A stretch of DNA of 13,659 nucleotides from a virus (lineage: Duplodnaviria; Heunggongvirae; Uroviricota; Caudoviricetes). Positions 1 through 6,583 of this stretch are shown piece after piece. The stretch spans positions 1 to 13,659 of IMG/VR virus record IMGVR_UViG_3300049003_000001. One strand, 5' to 3'. Position numbers and translations under genes: made by a program. Position 1 is the first letter of the stretch. Every line of letters starts with the position of its first letter. The notes under the pieces were generated by a model. The model was not told the DNA's origin. It searched no databases and was given only the letters and a program-made list of their open reading frames with translations.

Positions 1-2
1 CC

Positions 3-1277
3 AAGATTTACGAAATGTCCCCGCCTCACTACGCGGCGGTCAAGGCGAAGGTCATGAACATCGTCGGTCTCGGATACCGATTCGATGATTCCCCGAAGGC
101 GAAGGCCAAGCTAGAGGCCACAAAGTCCGAGCGTACCAAGAAGTCGATGCGTCAGAACATTGACCGCGAGAAGGATGCGCTCATGGACTGGCTAGATTCC
201 TGCAATGCGGAGGACGAGTTTGCCGAGACGCTAATCAAGGTATGGACCGACTACGAGACCATCGGCAACGGCTACCTTGAAATCGGTCGCGGGCTCGATG
301 GCTCCGTCAAGTACATCGGACACATTCCGGCCGTACTGATGCGAATTCGCCGGGACCGCGATGGTTTCGTGCAGGTATACAGCAATCAGGCTGTATTCTT
401 CCGTAATTTCGGGGACAAGGAAACCGTTGACCCGGTTGGTAACGACCCGACGCCTAACGAGGTTATTCACCTAAAGAAGTACAGCCCGACCCACACCTAC
501 TACGGTGTGCCGGATATCGTGGCGGCTCAGCAGGCCATCGCGGGTAACGAATTCTCTGCCCGCTTCAACCTTGACTACTTCGAAAACAAGGCTGTCCCGC
601 GTTACGTCATCGTCCTAAAGGGCGCGAACTTCTCGGAGCAGGCTCAGGCCAACCTCCTAGAATTCTTCGAAACCGGCTTGAAGGGCCAGAACCACCGCAC
701 CTTGTTCGTCCCGCTTCCGCCGAACGACAGCGAGCAGGAAATCGACTTCGAAATGAAGCCGATTGAGGCCGGGACGCAGGATTCCAGCTTCATCAATTAC
801 CGCAGGGGCAACCTTGACGAGATTTTGATGGCTCACCGAGTGCCCATTACCAAGGTGGGAACAAGCGAAGGTGTCAACCTGGCGAACGCTGTGGACATGG
901 ACAAGACGTTCAAGGAACAGGTCTGCCGTCCGGAGCAGGATATTCTGGAAAAGAAGCTCAACAAGATCATCAAGGAAGTAACCGACGTGGTTACCCTACA
1001 GCTTAACGAGCTATCTCTTTCCGACGAAAATACTCAGAGCCAGATCGACCAGCGTTACCTACAGATGCAGACAATTGTGCCGAATGAGGTGCGTGCGCGC
1101 ATGGGTCTTCCGGCCATCGAGGGCGGGGACAAGGTTGTTGATCTAAAGCCTCAGCAGGCAGCGGACAAGCAGAATAACGCACAGGGCAGCGACGCTCGTG
1201 CTCAGTCTCGTTCCACCGGAGCGGACACAAATGGCACTGGCCGAAACCCTAAGGGCGAAGGTCGCCAGACGCAGTAA
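3..1277 (+). CDS. Phage portal protein (PBSX/HK97-like family), 5'-truncated
   Basis: Frame is open from nt 3 (AAG ATT TAC GAA ATG...), so the ATG at 15 is probably internal. Portal-type motifs: 'YETIGNGYLEIGR', 'GSVKYIGHIPAVLMR', 'NEVIHLKKYSP...YYGVP', 'YFENKAVPRYVIVLKG', 'ILMAHRVP', 'PNEVRARMGLPAIEGGD'. Lies directly upstream of protease and capsid. Stop TAA 1275-1277. Confidence 0.93.
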   Translation, partial: KIYEMSPPHYAAVKAKVMNIVGLGYRFDDSPKAKAKLEATKSERTKKSMRQNIDREKDALMDWLDSCNAEDEFAETLIKVWTDYETIGNGYLEIGRGLDGSVKYIGHIPAVLMRIRRDRDGFVQVYSNQAVFFRNFGDKETVDPVGNDPTPNEVIHLKKYSPTHTYYGVPDIVAAQQAIAGNEFSARFNLDYFENKAVPRYVIVLKGANFSEQAQANLLEFFETGLKGQNHRTLFVPLPPNDSEQEIDFEMKPIEAGTQDSSFINYRRGNLDEILMAHRVPITKVGTSEGVNLANAVDMDKTFKEQVCRPEQDILEKKLNKIIKEVTDVVTLQLNELSLSDENTQSQIDQRYLQMQTIVPNEVRARMGLPAIEGGDKVVDLKPQQAADKQNNAQGSDARAQSRSTGADTNGTGRNPKGEGRQTQ

Positions 1278-1284
1278 TTGGATG

Positions 1285-1326
1285 GCTACACACTTCTATA
1301 CGGACAAACGAATAGAAGTGTGTAGC
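1285..1326 (+). terminator. Perfect 15-bp inverted repeat (hairpin); probable terminator or processing site after the portal gene
   Basis: GCTACACACTTCTAT (1285-1299) and its exact reverse complement ATAGAAGTGTGTAGC (1312-1326), 12-nt loop; followed by TCCTAATTTT rather than an immediate U-run. Confidence 0.55.
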
Positions 1327-1334
1327 TCCTAATT

Positions 1335-1363
1335 TTGCATTTGGAAAAGAATGACGTTAATAT
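1335..1363 (+). promoter_or_regulatory. sigma70-type promoter, probably leaderless
   Basis: TTGCAT (1335-1340), 17 nt, TAATAT (1358-1363), 6 nt, ATG at 1370. No Shine-Dalgarno before this ATG. Confidence 0.7.
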
Positions 1364-1369
1364 AACAAC

Positions 1370-2707
1370 ATGAGCGTACAGAAGGCAATGTGGCAGGCAG
1401 ACGGTAAGACCGTCCGCTTGACAATGCCTCTTACGAAGGTAGACCAGGAAAACCGAATTGTTTCGGGTTTCGCAACGCTTGACAACATTGACACCGGCGA
1501 TGACGTAGTTCTCGCTGAGGCGTCAGCAGAGGCGTTCGGAAACTTCCGTGGAAACATCCGTCTCATGCACCAGCCAATCCCGGCGGGTAAGTTGGTTAAC
1601 TTCCGTGAAGATAACCTATACGACCCGCAGACCGGCAAGCTCTACAGCGGCATTTACGTTGACGTATATGTCTCCAAGGGCGCACCGGAAGTTTGGGAAA
1701 TGTGCTTGGACGGAACTCTTACAGGTTTCTCCATCGGTGGACAGGTCGTTGAGGCCGAATCTGAGTATGTCGCAGATGCCGGTAAGGTAATTCGCTACAT
1801 CAAGAAGTACGTCCTCATTGAACTTTCCCTTGTGGATAGCCCGGCCAACCAGCTATGCGACATTTTCAGCATTACCAAGGCAGCAGACGGCACGCTTACC
1901 GCGTCCGGCATGGCAATCGAGGTAGTAGCAGAAAACGTGTTCTGGTGTGGTACGGATCGAGTTGCTTTCACCTCACGCGATGAGGCGAAGGATTGCAACG
2001 TCTGCGGTAACACCACCGAAAATATCGGCTGGTTTGAAAGCGACGGCGGTGACGTAACTGAGAAGATGCGTTCCATCGTTGATGACTTTGCAAAGACTGT
2101 CGAGGGGAGGGAAAACACTATGGCAGACGAAATTGAGGTAACGGACGAAACCGCTGAGGTTGAGGCTCCGGAAGTTGTTGAAGAAGAGGTCGTTGAGGCG
2201 GCTGACGCTGAGGTAACTGAGGAAGAGGCCCCGGCTGAGGAAGTTGCAGAGGAAGAGGTCGTTGAGACCGAAACCGCTGAGACCGAGGAAGCGGCTGACG
2301 AAGAGGTTACCGAGGAAAGCGCGGAAGAGGCCGAGGAAGAGGTTGTCGAAACCCCTGACTTCGCTAAGATGTTCGCTGATCTTTCTGACACAATCACTAA
2401 GGCTTTGGAAGCAAATGCGGATGCGACCGCAGAAGAGTTGGTCAAGGTAAACGACCGAATCGCTGCGCTTGACACTGTTGCGACCAAGATTGACGAGCTT
2501 GCTGCAAGGCAGGCAGAGCTAGAGAAGAATATTGCCAATGTATCGGAGAAGGTTGAGAGCGTAGAGAAGACGTACTCAGCAGTCGAGAAGAGCGTTGGAA
2601 TTAAGAAGTCCGGTGACCTTGGCGGGTCGCAGGAAGAGACTAGGATTGAAAAGTCCAAGGGCTCAATTTGGGGTGGGCGCTTCTTCGGTTCAGTTGACAA
2701 CATCTGA
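1370..2707 (+). CDS. Capsid maturation (prohead) serine protease, HK97-type, fused to a C-terminal acidic/coiled-coil scaffolding domain
   Basis: 445 aa. N-terminal ~170 aa carry HK97-protease-like motifs 'RIVSGFATLDNID', 'IRLMHQP' (His), 'LTGFSIGG' (Ser), 'ELSLVDSPAN'. C-terminal half is very Glu/Ala-rich, then coiled-coil-like. Sits between portal and major capsid. Confidence 0.88.
   Translation: MSVQKAMWQADGKTVRLTMPLTKVDQENRIVSGFATLDNIDTGDDVVLAEASAEAFGNFRGNIRLMHQPIPAGKLVNFREDNLYDPQTGKLYSGIYVDVYVSKGAPEVWEMCLDGTLTGFSIGGQVVEAESEYVADAGKVIRYIKKYVLIELSLVDSPANQLCDIFSITKAADGTLTASGMAIEVVAENVFWCGTDRVAFTSRDEAKDCNVCGNTTENIGWFESDGGDVTEKMRSIVDDFAKTVEGRENTMADEIEVTDETAEVEAPEVVEEEVVEAADAEVTEEEAPAEEVAEEEVVETETAETEEAADEEVTEESAEEAEEEVVETPDFAKMFADLSDTITKALEANADATAEELVKVNDRIAALDTVATKIDELAARQAELEKNIANVSEKVESVEKTYSAVEKSVGIKKSGDLGGSQEETRIEKSKGSIWGGRFFGSVDNI
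2120..2707 (+). CDS. Probable nested in-frame scaffolding protein (195 aa) from an internal start in the protease gene
   Basis: In-frame ATG at 2120 (Met251, MADEIEV...) preceded by GAGGGGAGGG (2102-2111; GGAGG 9 nt before ATG), exactly where composition switches to acidic low complexity. Confidence 0.6.
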   Translation: MADEIEVTDETAEVEAPEVVEEEVVEAADAEVTEEEAPAEEVAEEEVVETETAETEEAADEEVTEESAEEAEEEVVETPDFAKMFADLSDTITKALEANADATAEELVKVNDRIAALDTVATKIDELAARQAELEKNIANVSEKVESVEKTYSAVEKSVGIKKSGDLGGSQEETRIEKSKGSIWGGRFFGSVDNI

Positions 2708-2753
2708 ACCTGTTCCACAACTCTCATTGTAACAACAAAAATCTAAATTCACT

Positions 2754-2761
2754 GGGAGGTG
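2754..2761 (+). promoter_or_regulatory. Strong ribosome-binding site of the major capsid gene
   Basis: GGGAGGTG upstream of ATG 2772 in an A/C-rich leader. Confidence 0.75.
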
Positions 2762-2771
2762 AAAATTCACA

Positions 2772-3779
2772 ATGAGTGACAACTTGCTAGAAAAGGTTAT
2801 TGTCTCTACTGAGATTGGTAACCCGGCCGGTTCTGGACTTTTGAAGCCAGAGCAGGCAGACCGATTCATCGACTACATGTGGGATGCAACCGTACTTGGT
2901 TCACAGGTCCGTTCCATCCGCATGCGCTCCAACGAGCTTGAAATCGACCGTATCGGAGTTGGAAAGCGTCTTCTTCGCGGTGCCGTTGAGGCTACCGACA
3001 CCGGAGAGAACGCGGGCGTACACTTCTCGAAGATTTCGATTACTACGAAGAAGCTACGTCTCGATTGGGAGCTTTCTACCGAGTCTCTAGAGGACAATCT
3101 AGAGGGAGAAGCGCTAGAAGACCACATTGCTCGCCTAATGGCAACTCAGGCCGGAAACGACCTAGAGGATCTTGCTATCAACGGTGACACTGGCTCTACC
3201 GACCCGCTTTTGAAGGTTTTCAACGGTTGGCGCAAGCAGGCCATCTCGGGCGATGCCCGTAACGACGGTGCATGCCACGTCGTTGACAACGGTGGTCAGC
3301 CGCTTAACCGCGCTGCTGCAAACAAGGCGCTAAAGGCTATGCCGCGTGTCTACATGCAGAAGCGTAACCAGCTAAAGTTCTTCACTGGTTCGAACTTGAT
3401 TCAGGACTACCTATACAGCATTGTAGAAGATGCTGGTCAGGGTGCCGGTCAGTTCTACGGTGACACGAACCGTACCGTCCGCACTGAGGGCGCTGCTGGT
3501 TTCTCGATGGGCTCGCTATTCGGCGTCCCGGTTCAGGAAGTTCCGTACTTCGATGAGACCCAGGCTGGCTCCTACTCAGGTGCCGCTGGTCAGCACGGTG
3601 AGCTTTGGCTAACCTTCCCGCAGAATCTCCTATGGGGAATCAAGCGTGAAATCAAGGTCTACCGCGCGTTCAAGGAGAAGAAGGACACGGTTGAGTACAC
3701 CATGTACTGCCGCGTTGGAACGCAGATCGAGAACACCGACGCATTCGTCGTTGTCAAGAACGTCAAGGTTTCTGCCTGA
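2772..3779 (+). CDS. Major capsid protein (HK97 fold)
   Basis: 335 aa. Motifs 'GLLKPEQADRFIDYM', 'KKLRLDWELSTESLEDN', 'MATQAGNDLEDLAINGD', 'LFGVPVQEVP', C-terminal 'AFVVVKNVKV'. Strong RBS, position after protease/scaffold, followed by a strong terminator. Confidence 0.93.
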   Translation: MSDNLLEKVIVSTEIGNPAGSGLLKPEQADRFIDYMWDATVLGSQVRSIRMRSNELEIDRIGVGKRLLRGAVEATDTGENAGVHFSKISITTKKLRLDWELSTESLEDNLEGEALEDHIARLMATQAGNDLEDLAINGDTGSTDPLLKVFNGWRKQAISGDARNDGACHVVDNGGQPLNRAAANKALKAMPRVYMQKRNQLKFFTGSNLIQDYLYSIVEDAGQGAGQFYGDTNRTVRTEGAAGFSMGSLFGVPVQEVPYFDETQAGSYSGAAGQHGELWLTFPQNLLWGIKREIKVYRAFKEKKDTVEYTMYCRVGTQIENTDAFVVVKNVKVSA

Positions 3780-3791
3780 TCGTAATTGACC

Positions 3792-3827
3792 AAGAGGGGC
3801 CGGGGAGGAAACTCCCCGGTCCTTTTT
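3792..3827 (+). terminator. Intrinsic (rho-independent) terminator after the major capsid gene
   Basis: Stem GGGCCGGGGAG (3797-3807) / CTCCCCGGTCC (3812-3822) with one G-U pair, GAAA tetraloop, then TTTTT (3823-3827). Confidence 0.9.
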
Positions 3828-3854
3828 GCGTCTGAATCAGAATATTGTTAGAAT
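3826..3854 (+). promoter_or_regulatory. sigma70-type promoter with extended -10, overlapping the terminator U-tract
   Basis: TTGCGT (3826-3831), 17 nt, TAGAAT (3849-3854) with TG at 3846-3847; downstream RBS AAAGGAG (3864-3870) and ATG 3878. Confidence 0.7.
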
Positions 3855-3877
3855 CAAGGAAACAAAGGAGATTTGAA

Positions 3878-4285
3878 ATGGCTACCCAGCTAAGCGATTA
3901 CACGAAGGACGAGCTTCTAGCCTACGCCGAGGAATTCGGTGTCGAGGTTAAGTCCGCCATGACCAAGGCCGCTATCATTGCAGAATTTGATAATGATGGC
4001 GTGGACGTTGCTCTTATTAAGGGCCTCCACCCGGAGCAGGTCGAAGAGGACGTTGAGGAAGACGCGCCGGTCGAGATTGAGGAAGAGGCCGACGACGATG
4101 ACGACGCCGACCTAGTTCTAATCAAGATGACCCGCCTGAACGCTTCCTACGAGGTTCGCGGATACAAGTTCAATCGTGAGCACCCGTTCGCTCTCGTGAA
4201 GGAGAACGACGCGGATTACTTGATTGAGGTCGAGGGCGGATTTGCTATGGCGTCCCCGAAGGAAGCCAGGGCTTTCTACTCATGA
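3878..4285 (+). CDS. Hypothetical virion-module protein (135 aa): HeH/Rho-N-like N-terminus, acidic linker, compact C-terminal domain
   Basis: True start is ATG 3878 (RBS AAAGGAG 7 nt upstream), not the track's TTG 3845. 'LSDYTKDELLAYAEEFGVEVKSAMTKAAIIAEF' fits a helix-extension-helix pattern. Confidence 0.7.
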   Translation: MATQLSDYTKDELLAYAEEFGVEVKSAMTKAAIIAEFDNDGVDVALIKGLHPEQVEEDVEEDAPVEIEEEADDDDDADLVLIKMTRLNASYEVRGYKFNREHPFALVKENDADYLIEVEGGFAMASPKEARAFYS

Positions 4286-4554
4286 TGTTCACCGCCTCTA
4301 AGGGTCAGCCGTTCGCTGAGAAGTTCGAATTCAAAAACTCCCAGGGACAGCCGTTGGTTGTTCCGAAGGGTGAATTTGTGCTGACCCTAGAGCGCGGGGA
4401 TTTGGTGAGGTTCCCTCAGTTGCGTCTACAGCGCAATGCAGTTATTTGGAACATGACCGCAGAAGAAACAGCGGCGTTGGAGTACAGCACCATGTACTTC
4501 CACCTGACCTTCGACGGACAGGAAATCGCACGTGGAATTCTGCGAGTAAACTAA
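4282..4554 (+). CDS. Small beta-sandwich structural/adaptor protein (BppU-N / LtfC-like)
   Basis: ATGA overlap with the upstream stop. Pattern 'KGQPFAEKFEFKNSQGQPL...MTAEETAALEYSTMYFHLTF...RGILRVN' parallels the next gene. Confidence 0.6.
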   Translation: MMFTASKGQPFAEKFEFKNSQGQPLVVPKGEFVLTLERGDLVRFPQLRLQRNAVIWNMTAEETAALEYSTMYFHLTFDGQEIARGILRVN

Positions 4555-4567
4555 GGAGTAATACATA

Positions 4568-4954
4568 ATGGCTGACATTATTTTCCCAGGAGACGTGCCG
4601 GTAGACAACGTTGGCACGTCCAACCTGCCGTCGAACCTTGACCTGACCATTTGGCAGGGCGACAAGCAGGAATTCATCGTAAAGGTGGAGACGGACACTG
4701 GTGTGCCGATTGACCTCACGGGCACGACGCCTTCTGCGGTTATTCGTCAGTCGTTTACGGCTCCGACCTCTTACCCGTTCGCCTGCACAGTGCAGGGCAC
4801 AGACAGCAATGAGGTAAGGCTTTACCTGAGCAGCGCAATTTGCGAAACCATCCCGGCCGGGGATTACGTCTGGAATTTCCAGATTGCCGGTGGAGATGGC
4901 GACGTTCGCACCTACCTCGCGGGTGACGTTAAGGTATACGCGCAGGTAGACTGA
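4568..4954 (+). CDS. Beta-sandwich structural/adaptor protein (BppU-N / LtfC-like)
   Basis: RBS AAGGAG 4553-4558. Characteristic pattern 'LDLTIWQGD...DTGVPIDLTG...AVIR...VRLYLS...DYVWNFQI...RTYLAGDVKV'. Confidence 0.7.
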   Translation: MADIIFPGDVPVDNVGTSNLPSNLDLTIWQGDKQEFIVKVETDTGVPIDLTGTTPSAVIRQSFTAPTSYPFACTVQGTDSNEVRLYLSSAICETIPAGDYVWNFQIAGGDGDVRTYLAGDVKVYAQVD

Positions 4955-6546
4955 TGGCTGGCCCAAAGGTAATTACAGTAACATCACCGGCTGACCCGGT
5001 GCAGGTTCTTACTGTCCAGCTTCCGGGCGCTCCGGGTCCGGCTGGCCCGCAGGGTCCGGCTGGTTCGGTCAATGTTCTAACTATTGGTACTGTGACTACT
5101 CGTACACCAGGCACGAGCGCGACCGCCACTATTTCAGGCGTCGCTCCGAATCAGGTGTTGAATCTAGGAATTCCGGCGGGTGTTCAGGGTGCAATTGGCC
5201 CGTCTAACACCTTGACGATTGGAACCGTGAACACGCTGACGGAGGGACAGGCGGCTACGGCTACCTTGACCGGCGTATCCCCTAATCAGGTTCTCAATCT
5301 AGGAATTCCGCGCGGCTACGGAGTCCGTCCGGGTGGCTTGACCGGAGATATTCTAATCAAGCTATCCGCGACCGACCACGACACCGGATGGCACACGCCA
5401 AGCTCAGATGCAGTCGCCGGGGCGGTTGTGAAGCGCCATGCGGATAATTACTTCTCCGTGGGCACCATCTACCTACAGAACCCAGCGGCAAATCCAACTG
5501 AGGCCACTCGCAAGGATTACGTGGATGCTCAGCGCGACGCCGCAAAGACATATGCGGACGGCCTCGATGCCACTCAGAAGACCTATGTGGATAACGGACT
5601 GTCTGGCAAGGCGAATACCGTTCACACCCACGTGGCGACTGATATCTCTGATTCGACCGCCACGGGTCGTTCGGTGCTAAAGGCAGCAGATGCCCCAACC
5701 GCACGCGCGGCAATTGGAGCGGGCACGTCAAGCCTTGCAATCGGTACCACGAGCACGACAGCAAAGGCGGGAGACTACCAGCCAGCGTCTACGAATATCT
5801 CGGACGCTACGGCCACGGGTCGCTCGCTAATTACCGCTGCCGACGCTCCGACCGCCCGTACCGCAATTGGCGCGGGAACATCGAGCTTGGTTATTGGTAC
5901 GACCAGCACAACGGCGGCTGCCGGTGACCACCTTCACTCCATTTATGGACGTGACATGGGAACGGGAACGTCGCTTCCGGCTTCCGGAAACCGTCGCGGA
6001 GATGTGTATTACCACACCGGACTTACCTCGCTCATGGTCTACACCGGATCGGCATGGCGTCAGGTCGGAATTTCCACCGTAGCGGACGCCACGGCTCGCG
6101 CCGCTATTTCGACTAACTACTCAACCCTTCTCCACTCCGGATTTGAGGTTATCGAGACCGACACAACCCGTACATGGAGTTGGAGCGGAACGGTATGGCA
6201 GTGGGTCGGCGGGGGTGTTGATCCTGCCGCGTGGACTTTGCCTACTCTTAACTCCCCGTGGACGAACTACTTGTACCCCGATTATCAGCAGGCGCGATAC
6301 AGAAAGACCGGCTCAGGCATGGTGTATATCGAAGGTCTGATTAAGGGCACGGGTACCGCCGTAGCCAGCGGCACGGTTGTCTTTACGCTACCGCTTGGAT
6401 ACCGACCACCTAACCGTTTGCTATTCTCATCCATCTCCAACACCACGGTCTCTAGCCGTTTGGATGTTACGTCTACCGGCGATGTTGTGCTTATGTCGGG
6501 TGACCAGGGCTTCTACTCGATCAATTGCTCATTCTCGACAGTGTGA
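4954..6546 (+). CDS. Collagen-containing fibre / minor structural protein with a C-terminal receptor-binding-like head
   Basis: 530 aa, TGATG-coupled to the upstream gene. Short G-X-Y stretch, two 'LTIGTV...PNQVLNLGIP' repeats, 'ATRKDYVD', two 45-aa 'DISDSTATGRS...' repeats, C-terminal 'YRKTGSGMVYIEGLI...FTLPLGYRP' fibre-head pattern. Confidence 0.8.
   Translation: MAGPKVITVTSPADPVQVLTVQLPGAPGPAGPQGPAGSVNVLTIGTVTTRTPGTSATATISGVAPNQVLNLGIPAGVQGAIGPSNTLTIGTVNTLTEGQAATATLTGVSPNQVLNLGIPRGYGVRPGGLTGDILIKLSATDHDTGWHTPSSDAVAGAVVKRHADNYFSVGTIYLQNPAANPTEATRKDYVDAQRDAAKTYADGLDATQKTYVDNGLSGKANTVHTHVATDISDSTATGRSVLKAADAPTARAAIGAGTSSLAIGTTSTTAKAGDYQPASTNISDATATGRSLITAADAPTARTAIGAGTSSLVIGTTSTTAAAGDHLHSIYGRDMGTGTSLPASGNRRGDVYYHTGLTSLMVYTGSAWRQVGISTVADATARAAISTNYSTLLHSGFEVIETDTTRTWSWSGTVWQWVGGGVDPAAWTLPTLNSPWTNYLYPDYQQARYRKTGSGMVYIEGLIKGTGTAVASGTVVFTLPLGYRPPNRLLFSSISNTTVSSRLDVTSTGDVVLMSGDQGFYSINCSFSTV
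5071..5316 (+). repeat. Two 37-aa 'LTIGTV...IPxG' repeats (135-nt period)
   Basis: NVLTIGTVTTRTPGTSATATISGVAPNQVLNLGIPAG (5071-5181) and NTLTIGTVNTLTEGQAATATLTGVSPNQVLNLGIPRG (5206-5316); both contain the 15-mer AATCTAGGAATTCCG. Confidence 0.9.
5641..5928 (+). repeat. Tandem 45-aa repeat (153-nt period) in the fibre gene
   Basis: 5641-5775 vs 5794-5928: 37/45 residues identical by manual alignment. Confidence 0.9.
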
Positions 6547-6575
6547 TTGCCTAATAATTTGTAGAAAGGTATAAT
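6547..6575 (+). promoter_or_regulatory. sigma70-type promoter, leaderless or very short leader
   Basis: TTGCCT (6547-6552, directly after the TGA stop), 17 nt, TATAAT (6570-6575), 8 nt, ATG 6584. The only purine run (GAAAGG) is 14 nt from the ATG. Confidence 0.72.
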
Positions 6576-6583
6576 CCAACCAA

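Noticed and set aside
15-17. ATG 15 as the portal start
   Set aside because: The frame is open to the window edge and there is no RBS; the gene very probably starts upstream.
2694-2722. Perfect TTGACA at the end of the scaffold gene as a capsid promoter
   Set aside because: No TAnnnT hexamer at 16-18 nt spacing (ACAACT at 17); explained by the Val-Asp-Asn codons.
1795-2727. 310-aa minus-strand Ser/Thr-rich ORF
   Set aside because: Antisense shadow of the Glu/Ala-rich scaffold (GAG/GAA/GCT read as CTC/TTC/AGC, few stops); no RBS or recognisable domain.
2745-2770. AAATTCAC direct repeat flanking the capsid RBS, able to pair with GTGAA as a translational switch
   Set aside because: Alternative stems are only 4-5 bp and AU-rich; too weak to support.
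3777-3786. Read-through or frameshift extension of the capsid protein (T7 10B-like)
   Set aside because: TGA is followed by an in-frame TAA two codons later and then a terminator; no slippery site seen.
3845-3877. Track start TTG 3845
   Set aside because: It lies inside the predicted promoter; ATG 3878 has a well-spaced AAAGGAG.
4426-4966. Minus-strand ORFs of 99 and 174 aa
   Set aside because: Antisense to well-supported + strand genes; no RBS or domain signal.
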